From: an uncultured Gammaproteobacteria bacterium
Lineage (GTDB): Bacteria > Patescibacteriota > Microgenomatia > PFEM01 > DATLAM01
NCBI GenBank assembly: GCA_964566925.1
Contig: CAZMIZ010000006.1
Location: forward strand, 1 to 56,914
Direction of reading: 5' to 3'
Length of the DNA: 56,914 nt
The notes under the pieces were generated by a model that had not been told where the DNA came from, searched no databases, and saw nothing but the letters and a program-made list of their open reading frames with translations. Position 1 is the stretch's first letter, and each line of letters opens with the position of its first letter. Of the stretch, positions 1 to 8,779 are shown one piece after another. Both the position numbers and the translations under genes were made by a program.

Positions 1-63
1 TCGTGAGCCATAATTAAGATTGATAGAATAAAAAGAAAAACAATTATCGTGATTAGCATTTTT

Positions 64-618
64 TTAAACCGTCAGAAGCTCTTTCTCTTTATTCTCTCCC
101 ATCTCCTCAACCCTTTTCATAAATTCATCCGTTAATTCTTGCAGTTCTTCTTCCAATCTAAACTTTTCGTCTTCCGAAAGCTCATTGTTTTCCGAAGCCC
201 GCTTGATTTCCGCTCTTATGTCTTGGCGAATCTGGCGAATGGTCACCCGGCCGGCTTCCAATTTTTGATTTAAAAGTTTAACAAACTCTTCACGGCGTTC
301 ACCAGTCAACGGCGGAATTTTGATCCGAATAACGTTGCCGTCAATCCGCGGGTTGAGTTTTAGCTCTTTATCTTGGGAAATGCCTCGCTCAATTTCTTTG
401 ATGACCGATTGATCAAAAGGGGTAACCACTAGCTGATCTGGTTCCGGGGCACTGATCGTAGCCAACTCAACCAAAGGCATCCGGGTTTCATAGGCTTCCA
501 CCGTAATCTTTTCTACCAGTGCTGGTGTGGCCCGGCCAGTTTTCAAAGTTCCCAGCTCACCCACCAAAAACTCAAGCGCCTGCTCCATCCTCTCTCTAAT
601 TTGATCTAAATCAATCAT
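64..618 (-). CDS. frr: Ribosome recycling factor
   Basis: TGRATPALVE...ATISAPEPDQLVVTPFD...IPPLTGERREE motifs; follows tsf. Confidence 0.97.
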   Translation of the reverse strand: MIDLDQIRERMEQALEFLVGELGTLKTGRATPALVEKITVEAYETRMPLVELATISAPEPDQLVVTPFDQSVIKEIERGISQDKELKLNPRIDGNVIRIKIPPLTGERREEFVKLLNQKLEAGRVTIRQIRQDIRAEIKRASENNELSEDEKFRLEEELQELTDEFMKRVEEMGENKEKELLTV

Positions 619-1078
619 CTTCTCTTAAGGCTAATCTAGTGAACTCCCTAACCTGAATATTTTCGCCAGTTTTAGCGCTTAGCTGTTTAATCAGATCAAC
701 TACTTCTCTTTTCTCATCCCTAATCCAAGCCTGTTTAAGGAGGCTTTTAATGTCTTTGGGTTTGGTGGCCGCCACCTGCATGGCTAGCTCGTGAGCTAAA
801 TCTCTAAAATCCTTGGTTCTGGCAACGAAGTCGGTCTCACAAGCCAAAACTACTAACGCGGCCACGCTGCTGTCGTGATGAGTGTAAGCGCTAATTACAC
901 CTTGACCAGTTTCTCGCCCGGCTCTTTTGGAGGCTGTTTTAATTCCCTTCTTCCGCAACCATTCTTCGGCTTTTTTCAGATCACCTTTGGTTTTGGTTAA
1001 AGCCTGACGGCAGTCCATCACCCCTGCTTTGGTTTCTTCTCTCAATTTTTTGATCTGATCAACGGTAATTTTAGTCAT
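611..1078 (-). CDS. tsf: Elongation factor Ts (short form, 155 aa)
   Basis: IKKLREETKAGVMDCRQAL, CETDFVA motifs; rpsB-tsf-frr order. Confidence 0.96.
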   Translation of the reverse strand: MTKITVDQIKKLREETKAGVMDCRQALTKTKGDLKKAEEWLRKKGIKTASKRAGRETGQGVISAYTHHDSSVAALVVLACETDFVARTKDFRDLAHELAMQVAATKPKDIKSLLKQAWIRDEKREVVDLIKQLSAKTGENIQVREFTRLALREDD

Positions 1079-1806
1079 TTATTTTCCTTTTCCTTTTTGG
1101 TTGTTTTCTTTCCTTTCTTTTCCCAAGCCAGCCGCCCCTCTTTAGCGGCTTCACCAATCACGCCGACCACTAATTTGACAGCTCCCACCGCATCATCATT
1201 GACCGGTATCACATAGTCTATCAAATCCGGATCAGAATTGGAATCAACCAAAGCCACCACCGGAATGTCTTTTTGGTCGGCTTCCCGAACCGCGGTTTCT
1301 TCTTTATTGGTATCAACCACAAAAATAGCGGCCGGTAATTCCTTAAGCCCTACCAAACCGCCGAAGAAACGCTCTAAGCGGATAATCTCTCGATCAATTA
1401 AAATGTTTTCTTTTTTAGTGAACTGTTTGTATTCTCCTTTTTCCCGCTTCTCTTTCATCTCCTCCAGCTTGCTAATGCTTTTTTTAATCATCTCCCAGTT
1501 GGTAATCGTTCCCCCCAACCAGCGCTCATAAACATAAGGCATGCCGGCTTTTTTGGCCTCTTCTTTAACAATTTCGGCGGCCTGACGTTTGGTGCCCACA
1601 AAAACGATCAGGTTCCCTTTAGCGGTGATCTCTTTAACAAAAGCAGCCGCTTTTTCCAAACCTTCTTTGGTTTTCACTAGATCAAAAATATGGACGCCGT
1701 TACGTACCCCAAACAGATAGGGTTTCATCTTCGGATTCCAACGTTTGGCCTGGTGGCCAAAATGGGCCCCCGCCTCAAGCAAATCTTTAAGGACAACTTT
1801 CGCCAT
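1075..1806 (-). CDS. rpsB: 30S ribosomal protein S2 (start moved from ORF-track 1848 to ATG at 1806)
   Basis: LLEAGAHFGHQAKRWNPKM, WLGGTITNW, IPVNDDA; extra 14 codons in the ORF track overlap the leader RNA structure. Confidence 0.97.
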   Translation of the reverse strand: MAKVVLKDLLEAGAHFGHQAKRWNPKMKPYLFGVRNGVHIFDLVKTKEGLEKAAAFVKEITAKGNLIVFVGTKRQAAEIVKEEAKKAGMPYVYERWLGGTITNWEMIKKSISKLEEMKEKREKGEYKQFTKKENILIDREIIRLERFFGGLVGLKELPAAIFVVDTNKEETAVREADQKDIPVVALVDSNSDPDLIDYVIPVNDDAVGAVKLVVGVIGEAAKEGRLAWEKKGKKTTKKEKENK

Positions 1807-1870
1807 GATTAATAATCCTTTGTTCCGCCATCTGCCAGAAGTCTTCAAGGATTAATGACAGATGTGTGTA
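1807..1870 (-). promoter_or_regulatory. rpsB (S2/t44-like) leader RNA
   Basis: ACACAC followed by a 9-bp stem CAUCUGUCA(1864-1856)/UGGCAGAUG(1837-1829), directly 5' of rpsB. Confidence 0.65.
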
Positions 1871-1880
1871 TTTAAGAATA

Positions 1881-1909
1881 ATTCTACAAGATTTTAGGAA
1901 AATAAGCAA
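1881..1909 (-). promoter_or_regulatory. sigma70-type promoter for rpsB
   Basis: TTGCTT-17 nt-TAGAAT on minus strand. Confidence 0.6.
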
Positions 1910-1931
1910 GGATTTTACCTTTTCAAAATCT

Positions 1932-2510
1932 TTAGGTTATTAAGCCACCCTCGGGATGAAGCTTGACTTCCGCCGCCGTTCTTACTGGAGCCGAAGGATC
2001 ATATCTAGCCATCAATTCAAGCAGCTCTATTCTCGTTTCTTTCTTTATTGCCCGGGGTTCAGTGATTAAGCCGATCAAGGCCATTCGAATCTCTTCTTCT
2101 GGATGGCACCAGACCACCTTGGCCATTTCGGTCCTGGCGACCACTGATCCTCGACCTTTTAGATCCCGCAGACAGCTAATTGCCTTCAAGCCGAAACCTT
2201 TGCCTATCTCGCCTGAAAAAATAAAAGAGTCAAACAGCCTCTCGCCAATCATATAAAGGCCATAAGTTCGAGCTCCCACCTCTTCTGAAACTTCAACTTT
2301 CAAATTAGGAAATCTTGCCGCCAAAACTCGACCCCGATGAAGTACAGGCGCAGCCATCATTTGCCGAATCTCCAAACGCCGACTCGAGTCTAGTTTCGGC
2401 TTACTCTTCACCAATCTCGCCCGAGCCGCTTCAGCCGGCTTTTTTGTCTTTGGTTGTGTTCTTAACCAAGACGGTGCCCAATCACTCAATCTTTCTTTCC
2501 AACCAGCCAT
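1932..2510 (-). CDS. Hypothetical protein
   Basis: 192-aa ORF with AAGGAGG SD 6 nt before ATG; no recognised motif. Confidence 0.65.
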   Translation of the reverse strand: MAGWKERLSDWAPSWLRTQPKTKKPAEAARARLVKSKPKLDSSRRLEIRQMMAAPVLHRGRVLAARFPNLKVEVSEEVGARTYGLYMIGERLFDSFIFSGEIGKGFGLKAISCLRDLKGRGSVVARTEMAKVVWCHPEEEIRMALIGLITEPRAIKKETRIELLELMARYDPSAPVRTAAEVKLHPEGGLIT

Positions 2511-2620
2511 CCACCGCCTCCTTTAAACCTTTAAAGCTGCCAAAGGCAGCTTTTCAATTTCTTATATCACAAAACCACCGACTTTTCAAGCAGATGAAAT
2601 TTTGATATTATAGGATTATT

Positions 2621-3325
2621 GTGAATGGAAATCAGAAAGAAGACGGCGTAATAACCGGGGAAGCCCAAAAGGCAGCCATCCGCCAAGCAGCTAAAGAGGA
2701 ACTTGATGAGGTAGTAAGAAAACATTCCCACCTAACCGGAGAGAAACCAATCGCCATATGGAAAAGCGGTCTTCATGGAGTAGTTTTCGAGGCGTTAGCT
2801 AAATATGACCCTCTTATTCCCAATAATGAACAGGAGAATCTTCAACGATTAAATGATTTACTCTTAGGAGCTATCCCAATTCATGGAGGCTTGCTTTATG
2901 AGGATCGCAATCAGAACACTCCGCAAATCCCTGATCGGCTTTTAATGAGTTATGACCCTGAAAATCAGGCTGCCACGATTATCGGCGTAGTTGAAGTCAA
3001 GATCAATCCCTTAAAGTTAAGAGCTAAATTAAGTAGATTTAAAAAAGATCCCTTGTCTTTGCTTGCGGATCAAATTGAAGAAACCAACAGCTTTCTTTCT
3101 GAGAGCGCCAGGGGGCATTACATCTCCCCGCCAGTAAGAAAACTACTCGTCGAGCCTCAAAAAACAATACGACGCTGCCTCGCAATTCCTCGCGGAGATG
3201 CTTTGGCTCGAAAAGGACACTATCGTCATTGGGAAATAGTCGAATCAACTTTTTCTCTCGAAGAAGTTAAGGCGATTACTCTAGATCTTTTTATGGCTGA
3301 GTCAAGACCTCAGCCCCGCTCGTGA
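2621..3325 (+). CDS. Hypothetical protein, possible PD-(D/E)xK nuclease fold
   Basis: HGVVFE...QIPDRLLMSY...IIGVVEVK pattern; GTG start after a TATTAT -10. Confidence 0.5.
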   Translation: MNGNQKEDGVITGEAQKAAIRQAAKEELDEVVRKHSHLTGEKPIAIWKSGLHGVVFEALAKYDPLIPNNEQENLQRLNDLLLGAIPIHGGLLYEDRNQNTPQIPDRLLMSYDPENQAATIIGVVEVKINPLKLRAKLSRFKKDPLSLLADQIEETNSFLSESARGHYISPPVRKLLVEPQKTIRRCLAIPRGDALARKGHYRHWEIVESTFSLEEVKAITLDLFMAESRPQPRS

Positions 3326-3839
3326 TTTCTCTCACTCTTTCCTTGATTGTCTTAATAAACTTTTTATCTTCAATAAAAGGAAGGTTAATTCTTACGTTTT
3401 CGAGGGCGCCGTAAATAGCAGCAGTTGCCAGCTCAATGGCACAATGGGCATCAGAGATGGTATTCTTATTGCCCTCTTTGGCGGCAAAAGCGGCCAGTTT
3501 CAAAACCTCCAAAGATTTTTGGGCCGTTTGCAAGGGAATTTCGGCCGCCGTTTGGATTGCCTCTTGGCTTTTAGTTTTAAAAACAGCTTGATAGGCTAAG
3601 GCATCCTCATCAGCTAAACGGAGAAGTTCGTCTTTTAAATCTTCAGCTTTATCTAAAATGCGTTGAAAATCATCTTCAACCTCTTGATACTTCTCCTTAC
3701 CAATGGTTAAATTGGCCACCATTGCTACTAAACTAGCGGCGATGGCGCCGGCCACAGCCGAAGCACTCCCCCCACCCGGCACCGGTTTCTTGCTAGCTAA
3801 ATCATCTAAAAATTGCTTGATCCTTTGATCTTTAATCAT
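3291..3839 (-). CDS. fchA: Formiminotetrahydrofolate cyclodeaminase
   Basis: FLDDLASKKPVPGGGSASAVAGA, NKNTISDA, ALENVRINL. Confidence 0.92.
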   Translation of the reverse strand: MIKDQRIKQFLDDLASKKPVPGGGSASAVAGAIAASLVAMVANLTIGKEKYQEVEDDFQRILDKAEDLKDELLRLADEDALAYQAVFKTKSQEAIQTAAEIPLQTAQKSLEVLKLAAFAAKEGNKNTISDAHCAIELATAAIYGALENVRINLPFIEDKKFIKTIKERVREITSGAEVLTQP

Positions 3840-4734
3840 GTTTCATCCTCTCTTCTAAAACCTGATCTTTCTTGAATTCAATTAATTGAAGTGCCTTTAG
3901 ATCGACTCCCTGAAGCGCGGCCCGAGGGATCATTCCGTAGATTTCCGAACCTAAAACTTCAACGCCTCTTTTTTGGGCTTCCTTTTTAATTTTAGCAAAA
4001 ACAACATCCATGTTCGTTTTCTCAAAATCACAAAGATTCATGGAAACTTGAACAAACCCTTGATCTTTAATTGCAAAACCCATCGCCTTGACTGCCGGGA
4101 AGCCGCCATCTTTTTCCCGAATCAGTTTAGCAATTTCTTTAGCTACCTGAACATCCTGGGTATCCAGGTTAACGTTGTAAGCAATCAGAAATTTGCGGGC
4201 GCCGATGACCATCGCTCCAGCGGCGGGGTGCATTTTGCTCGGCCCAAAATCAGGCTTCCGATCTGGATTAGTGACAATTTCTTTTTTTAACCCTTCATAC
4301 TCGCCTTTTCTAACGTTGGCTAAGTTGGCTCGTTCTGGCCGGGTCGCCGCCGCTTCATAAAGATAAACCGGAACCTTTAGCTCCTCGCCAACCTTCTTCC
4401 CTAGGCGCTTGGCTAAAGCCACACACTCCTCCATTGAAACATTGGCCACCGGAATAAAGGGAACCACGTCAGTGGCCCCAATGCGGGGATGTTCACCATG
4501 ATGTTTTTCCATGTCAATTAAGGCCGTTGCTTTTTTGATCATTCCCCAAACCGCCTGGAGAACCGCTTCCGGTTCACCCACTAAAGTTACTAAAGAGCGG
4601 TGATGATCTTTATCCCATTCAACATCAAGGACTTTAACTTTCTCCCGCCCCCGAGCGACATCGGCAATGGCTTTAATAACCTTTTGTTTTCTCCCTTCGG
4701 AGAAATTTGGTACGCATTCAACCAGTTTATCCAT
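3832..4734 (-). CDS. ftcD: Glutamate formiminotransferase / 5-formyl-THF cyclo-ligase substitute
   Basis: LVECVPNFSEGR, DHHRS, HHGEHPRIGATDVVPFIP, GARKFLIAYNVNL. Confidence 0.95.
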   Translation of the reverse strand: MDKLVECVPNFSEGRKQKVIKAIADVARGREKVKVLDVEWDKDHHRSLVTLVGEPEAVLQAVWGMIKKATALIDMEKHHGEHPRIGATDVVPFIPVANVSMEECVALAKRLGKKVGEELKVPVYLYEAAATRPERANLANVRKGEYEGLKKEIVTNPDRKPDFGPSKMHPAAGAMVIGARKFLIAYNVNLDTQDVQVAKEIAKLIREKDGGFPAVKAMGFAIKDQGFVQVSMNLCDFEKTNMDVVFAKIKKEAQKRGVEVLGSEIYGMIPRAALQGVDLKALQLIEFKKDQVLEERMKHD

Positions 4735-4761
4735 TTGGGAAATATTATAACAGAAAGCTTT

Positions 4762-5328
4762 TTACCCCCGATAGACCTGATGACATTTGGCACAAACCGG
4801 AAAATATTCAGCTTCTTTGGTGGAGGCAATTTTGCCGGTTTTGCCGCTTACCCGTTCTGTATGGCTGGCTTTTTTTCCGCACTTCACGCAAATAGCAAAA
4901 AGTTCAATTTTTTCATCCGCCTTTTTAAAAAGATCCAGCGTCACTCCAAACGGCTTTTTGGTGTAGTCATATAAAAGGCCGGTGGCGTAGACATCAATTC
5001 CTTTAGCTAAAAGTTCGGCCACTAGCTTCTTGGCCTTGTCTTTGGGGAAAAAATTGATATTGTCAATAATCACTTTCATCTCGTCAGTAAAAATATATTT
5101 TAAAATCCGCTCCGGCTGATCAGGGTCAATAAAAATCACCGGGAGGGAACGTTCATCATGAGAGTTAGTGTGGCCCATACCGCCGCTACCGGCTACCTCT
5201 GCTTTAAAACAGAGAACGGGGTAACCCAGTCTGGTTAAAACCCGAAAGAGGGTCAAAGCCTTGTTGGTTTTACCAGCAAACATGGGGCCGGCGATAACCG
5301 TCAATCTACCTTTTTTCTTTCTGCCCAT
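4762..5328 (-). CDS. tdk: Thymidine kinase (TK1-type), with DE->DN change in the catalytic motif
   Basis: IAGPMFAGKT P-loop; CVKC...CAKC zinc lasso; IIDNINFF where IDEGQFF is expected. Confidence 0.85.
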   Translation of the reverse strand: MGRKKKGRLTVIAGPMFAGKTNKALTLFRVLTRLGYPVLCFKAEVAGSGGMGHTNSHDERSLPVIFIDPDQPERILKYIFTDEMKVIIDNINFFPKDKAKKLVAELLAKGIDVYATGLLYDYTKKPFGVTLDLFKKADEKIELFAICVKCGKKASHTERVSGKTGKIASTKEAEYFPVCAKCHQVYRG

Positions 5329-5339
5329 TTGCCTCCATT

Positions 5340-6542
5340 TTATTTCCCTAGAAATTCTTTTTCAACCACCAGCTTGACTTGTTCAAAAACTTCCTCTATT
5401 GGCTTTGAAGCGTCAATGGTAACCACGTTAGGAATCTCTTTTAAAAGTCTCTTATATCGAGCTCGCTTCTCTCTTAAAAGTTTTAGCTTTTCAAATTTAC
5501 CATATTCCTCCCCGGTCTCTTGATGGCGCTTTCGGACTCGCGCCAGGGCCACTTCAGGCTTGAGGTCAAAGAAAAAGACTTTATCAGGCGTCGGTCGGAA
5601 CCAAGAAAACAAAAAATTAACTAGGGCTACCTCTTCTTCGGTTTTAGCCTGATAAACCAAAGCCGAAAGATAACAACGGAGACTGATTATCCAGCGGCCT
5701 TTTTTTAGGACTGGCAGGATAAACCGCTGGATGTAATCCAGTCGATCTCCAGCTAGTAAAAAAGCCTCAACCATTGACCCAATTGGTTCTTTTCGCCATT
5801 GTTTTATCGTTTCTTTCCACCTAAGACTAGGGTGAAAAATGATTTCAGCTCTTTTACCTTTCTTTACTAAAAATTTTTTAAGCAACTTGGCAATCGTTTC
5901 TTTGCCTGTCCCCGAAGTACCCTCAAAAGCAAAATAATTGCCTGAGAAAACAGGCCAATTCCTGTTCCCCCGATCAAGTAAGCTCAAATAAAGCGGAATC
6001 AGCGGATATTGGTTTTGGGCAATCTGGCGGCTTTGGCGAAACTCCAAACCCTTAACCCGATCTTTCATCTTCTTTAGCCTCACAAAAGCCTTGGTCAGAC
6101 TTTCCCCTGCTTCGGCTGTATAAAAAAAGGAACGCAAGATGCCTTTGGCACCAAAACCGTCTAAAAAATCCGCATCTTTTAAAATTTTCGCTTCTAAAAC
6201 TTGAGGTGAATGTTTAGGTTCATCGTGTTCAGCAATGATATGACAAACTTTTTCAATTTCTTCCTTTTTGAAGCCCGCCTTTCTTAAAATCGGTTTAGCG
6301 AAACTAATCGATTCCCTTCTCGTGGCTTCGCCGTGAAGTTCCGGCTTTTTTCTACCTAAGTCATGGAGGAGGGCCGCGGCGATTAAAATTTCTTTATCGC
6401 CACCATGGGTCTTAGCTAAAAAAAGACAGTTTTCCGCCACACCAATAAGGTGATTAAGATCATGGGTGGGGCTTAGTTTTTCTCTTTTCAGCTGGGCAAG
6501 AAGAGCTTTGATTCTTTCTTTCTGAAAATTTTTATCAGTCAT
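5340..6542 (-). CDS. HD-domain phosphohydrolase fused to thymidylate kinase-like domain
   Basis: N-term HDLNH...LLHDLGR...EHD...DADFLD; C-term FEGTSGTGKET, RCYLSALVYQ, PDKVFFFDLKPEVALAR, IDASKPIEEV. Confidence 0.85.
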   Translation of the reverse strand: MTDKNFQKERIKALLAQLKREKLSPTHDLNHLIGVAENCLFLAKTHGGDKEILIAAALLHDLGRKKPELHGEATRRESISFAKPILRKAGFKKEEIEKVCHIIAEHDEPKHSPQVLEAKILKDADFLDGFGAKGILRSFFYTAEAGESLTKAFVRLKKMKDRVKGLEFRQSRQIAQNQYPLIPLYLSLLDRGNRNWPVFSGNYFAFEGTSGTGKETIAKLLKKFLVKKGKRAEIIFHPSLRWKETIKQWRKEPIGSMVEAFLLAGDRLDYIQRFILPVLKKGRWIISLRCYLSALVYQAKTEEEVALVNFLFSWFRPTPDKVFFFDLKPEVALARVRKRHQETGEEYGKFEKLKLLREKRARYKRLLKEIPNVVTIDASKPIEEVFEQVKLVVEKEFLGK

Positions 6543-7467
6543 TTTTTTGGATTTCCTTCAGCTCGGCAGGCAAATTACGAATGTCTTTGATGATTCTCCC
6601 TAAGGGATGGTTCTTAACATACTCTTCACTCCAGGGAGGAACATAAGGGGTTTTAAAGAGGAAAAAAGGAAAACCCATCATCAACGGCACGGAGCCAACT
6701 AAAGAAAAAATATCGCCGACCGTCACCAGTCTGGCACCATCGTTGGCCTGATCTAGGAGAGCTCGGTAATAAACTGGCCGCCTCAAATCAACCTTAAACT
6801 CCCCATTAACCGGCAAAGTCTGAATCTTGCCAAGGTCAGGGTGGTTAAAATAATAATCCCAGCTGGCATCCATATGGTATTGGCGGGTATCGCCCAGGAT
6901 ATCAATCTTGTATTTGAATCCTTTCTTATCGTCTCCTTCTTCGGTAATCCCGATAGTTTCTAGGTTTTTCTTGACCTTGTCAGTTTTAGAATTGGTCAAA
7001 ACAATCGGCTGGATTTGGGGATGACCAATCATTTCAATCAAAGTTTCTTTGGCTCCTTCTCGAAAACTAGGCTCAAGAAAAGCGGTGTTCTTATGGAAAA
7101 GATAGTTGGTGCATTCGGCGACCGGATCATATTCTCGACCACCAAAAGCAGCTTTTACTCGTTCTTGATAAAAACCGTTGCTAGAAAGCATTTCTTGGAT
7201 GGTGGTCGTGTTTAGGGTAAAAGCGCCTTCATAACTGTAAGCCGCCGGCAGGCCGTTAACTTTCCAGAGATATTTTTGGGGTTCGGCCATAATTTTTTTC
7301 TGGGTCGCCCAATAATCTCTTTTAACCCGAGCCCTGGGAATGCCTAAAATTTCTTTGGCCAAAACATCAATCGCTTTCTCAATCAACTGATTAACTTGAT
7401 CTTCCTCTCGAGTCAAGGTGCCGTCGTAATCAATAATAACTTTCATCTTTTTCTTTTTTGGAGCCAT
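6535..7467 (-). CDS. HAD-superfamily hydrolase-like protein
   Basis: VIIDYDGTL motif I, VLTNS motif II, VGD motif IV. Confidence 0.7.
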   Translation of the reverse strand: MAPKKKKMKVIIDYDGTLTREEDQVNQLIEKAIDVLAKEILGIPRARVKRDYWATQKKIMAEPQKYLWKVNGLPAAYSYEGAFTLNTTTIQEMLSSNGFYQERVKAAFGGREYDPVAECTNYLFHKNTAFLEPSFREGAKETLIEMIGHPQIQPIVLTNSKTDKVKKNLETIGITEEGDDKKGFKYKIDILGDTRQYHMDASWDYYFNHPDLGKIQTLPVNGEFKVDLRRPVYYRALLDQANDGARLVTVGDIFSLVGSVPLMMGFPFFLFKTPYVPPWSEEYVKNHPLGRIIKDIRNLPAELKEIQKND

Positions 7468-8066
7468 TTTTTGACCTCGCTAGTTAGATATTCTTTGTCG
7501 GTTTTTCTTTTTACATAATTGATCTTTTTGGTATCGATTGTCAAGACAGGAATTTTAGTTTTTCCAATAAAACTTTCACAATTATCAATTAATCGCTGCC
7601 AATAATTTTTAGGGGTCTTCAATTCATACTTTCTCCCCCGGGAAGCAATCCTGGGCAACAGTTGGTCAAGACCAACCTGAAGGTAAATTAAAAGGTCGGG
7701 AACGGGCAGATCTTCAAGCAGGCTTTGGTAAATCATCTCATAAAGATCCCATTCTCTATCCTTAAGTCTGGCTTTAGCAAAAACCAGAGCGTCTTGAAAG
7801 ATGGGCGGCTCGTGAATAACTCCCTTTTTCACCAGCAAGGGAGTAATTTTTTTCATCTGCTTGGTCTTTTGGATCAAGAAAAAAACCTGAGAATGAAAAC
7901 TCCACCGCTTCATATCTTGATAGGAATCAGCTAAGAAGGGGTTGTTTTCAAACTCTTCCTCAAAAATTCGGAAGCCAAGCTCTTTTCCTAAAATCCGCGC
8001 CACCGTCGTCTTACCCGCTCCAACCGGCCCCATGATAGTAATGTAAGGATGTTTTTTCTTGACCAT
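7443..8066 (-). CDS. Deoxynucleoside kinase (Dgk/Dck family)
   Basis: ITIMGPVGAGKTT, ENNPFLADSYQDMKRWSFHSQVFFL, PDLLIYL, RIASRGRKYE. Confidence 0.88.
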   Translation of the reverse strand: MVKKKHPYITIMGPVGAGKTTVARILGKELGFRIFEEEFENNPFLADSYQDMKRWSFHSQVFFLIQKTKQMKKITPLLVKKGVIHEPPIFQDALVFAKARLKDREWDLYEMIYQSLLEDLPVPDLLIYLQVGLDQLLPRIASRGRKYELKTPKNYWQRLIDNCESFIGKTKIPVLTIDTKKINYVKRKTDKEYLTSEVKKWLQKRKR

Positions 8067-8068
8067 AG

Positions 8069-8779
8069 TTACGCCCGCTCTTTGTTAATCCCAGGTTGCC
8101 CTTCTTTGGCAAGATGGGCAGATAAGATTTGCGAGGCAACGGCTTCTACGTTTCGCCTGAAGACATCGAAGCATTCGGTCCCGTTTTCGATGATGTAAGT
8201 CGGCACCCCCATCTCCTTTAATCCAGGCAATAGCCTACCCATAAAATCGCTACCACCAAAGAGGGTTTCCATTGCCAAAGGAGGAACAAAAAAGGAAACT
8301 TCTCCAAGCTGGGACCGAGGGTTTTCTTTGCGCTTCTCATTCCAAGCAAAACGTAAATGCCGAGGCGTCCGAACATAAACCATCACCGATCTCTGCCAAA
8401 TTCCTCTAGGGACAAGGTTGTCTTCCAATAATCTTCCAAAGCTCAAGTCAAGTTCTGGATAACGACTGCCAATACCCCTAGCTACTTCAATGAGATTTAT
8501 TTGTCTTTCTTTTGCTAGAGGGACTTGGGCCACCCAACGACGAACGGCTTCATCAAGGGGATATTGGTGGGTGATACAGAAAGCTGGATTGCCTTCGTTT
8601 TCAAGAGGCCGAACATGCCAATTTCTCTCCTTATCTTCTTCGACTATACTCACCAGGGTCTCACCGTCACTTATCAGCTGACAGATAAAACCCTTCCGTC
8701 CCATTAGCTCTCTGGTAATTGACCGAGCAGCTGTCTTGCCTCCGCCGGCGACCCCGGCGAAGATAATAATGTCTCTCAT
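8069..8779 (-). CDS. Uncharacterised P-loop (nucleotide kinase-like) protein
   Basis: IIIFAGVAGGGKT at N-terminus, LIEVARG, VRTPRHLRFAWNEKR. Confidence 0.6.
   Translation of the reverse strand: MRDIIIFAGVAGGGKTAARSITRELMGRKGFICQLISDGETLVSIVEEDKERNWHVRPLENEGNPAFCITHQYPLDEAVRRWVAQVPLAKERQINLIEVARGIGSRYPELDLSFGRLLEDNLVPRGIWQRSVMVYVRTPRHLRFAWNEKRKENPRSQLGEVSFFVPPLAMETLFGGSDFMGRLLPGLKEMGVPTYIIENGTECFDVFRRNVEAVASQILSAHLAKEGQPGINKERA

Noticed and set aside
1807-1848. 14-aa N-terminal extension of S2
   Set aside because: It overlaps the structured leader; conserved S2 begins at ATG 1806.
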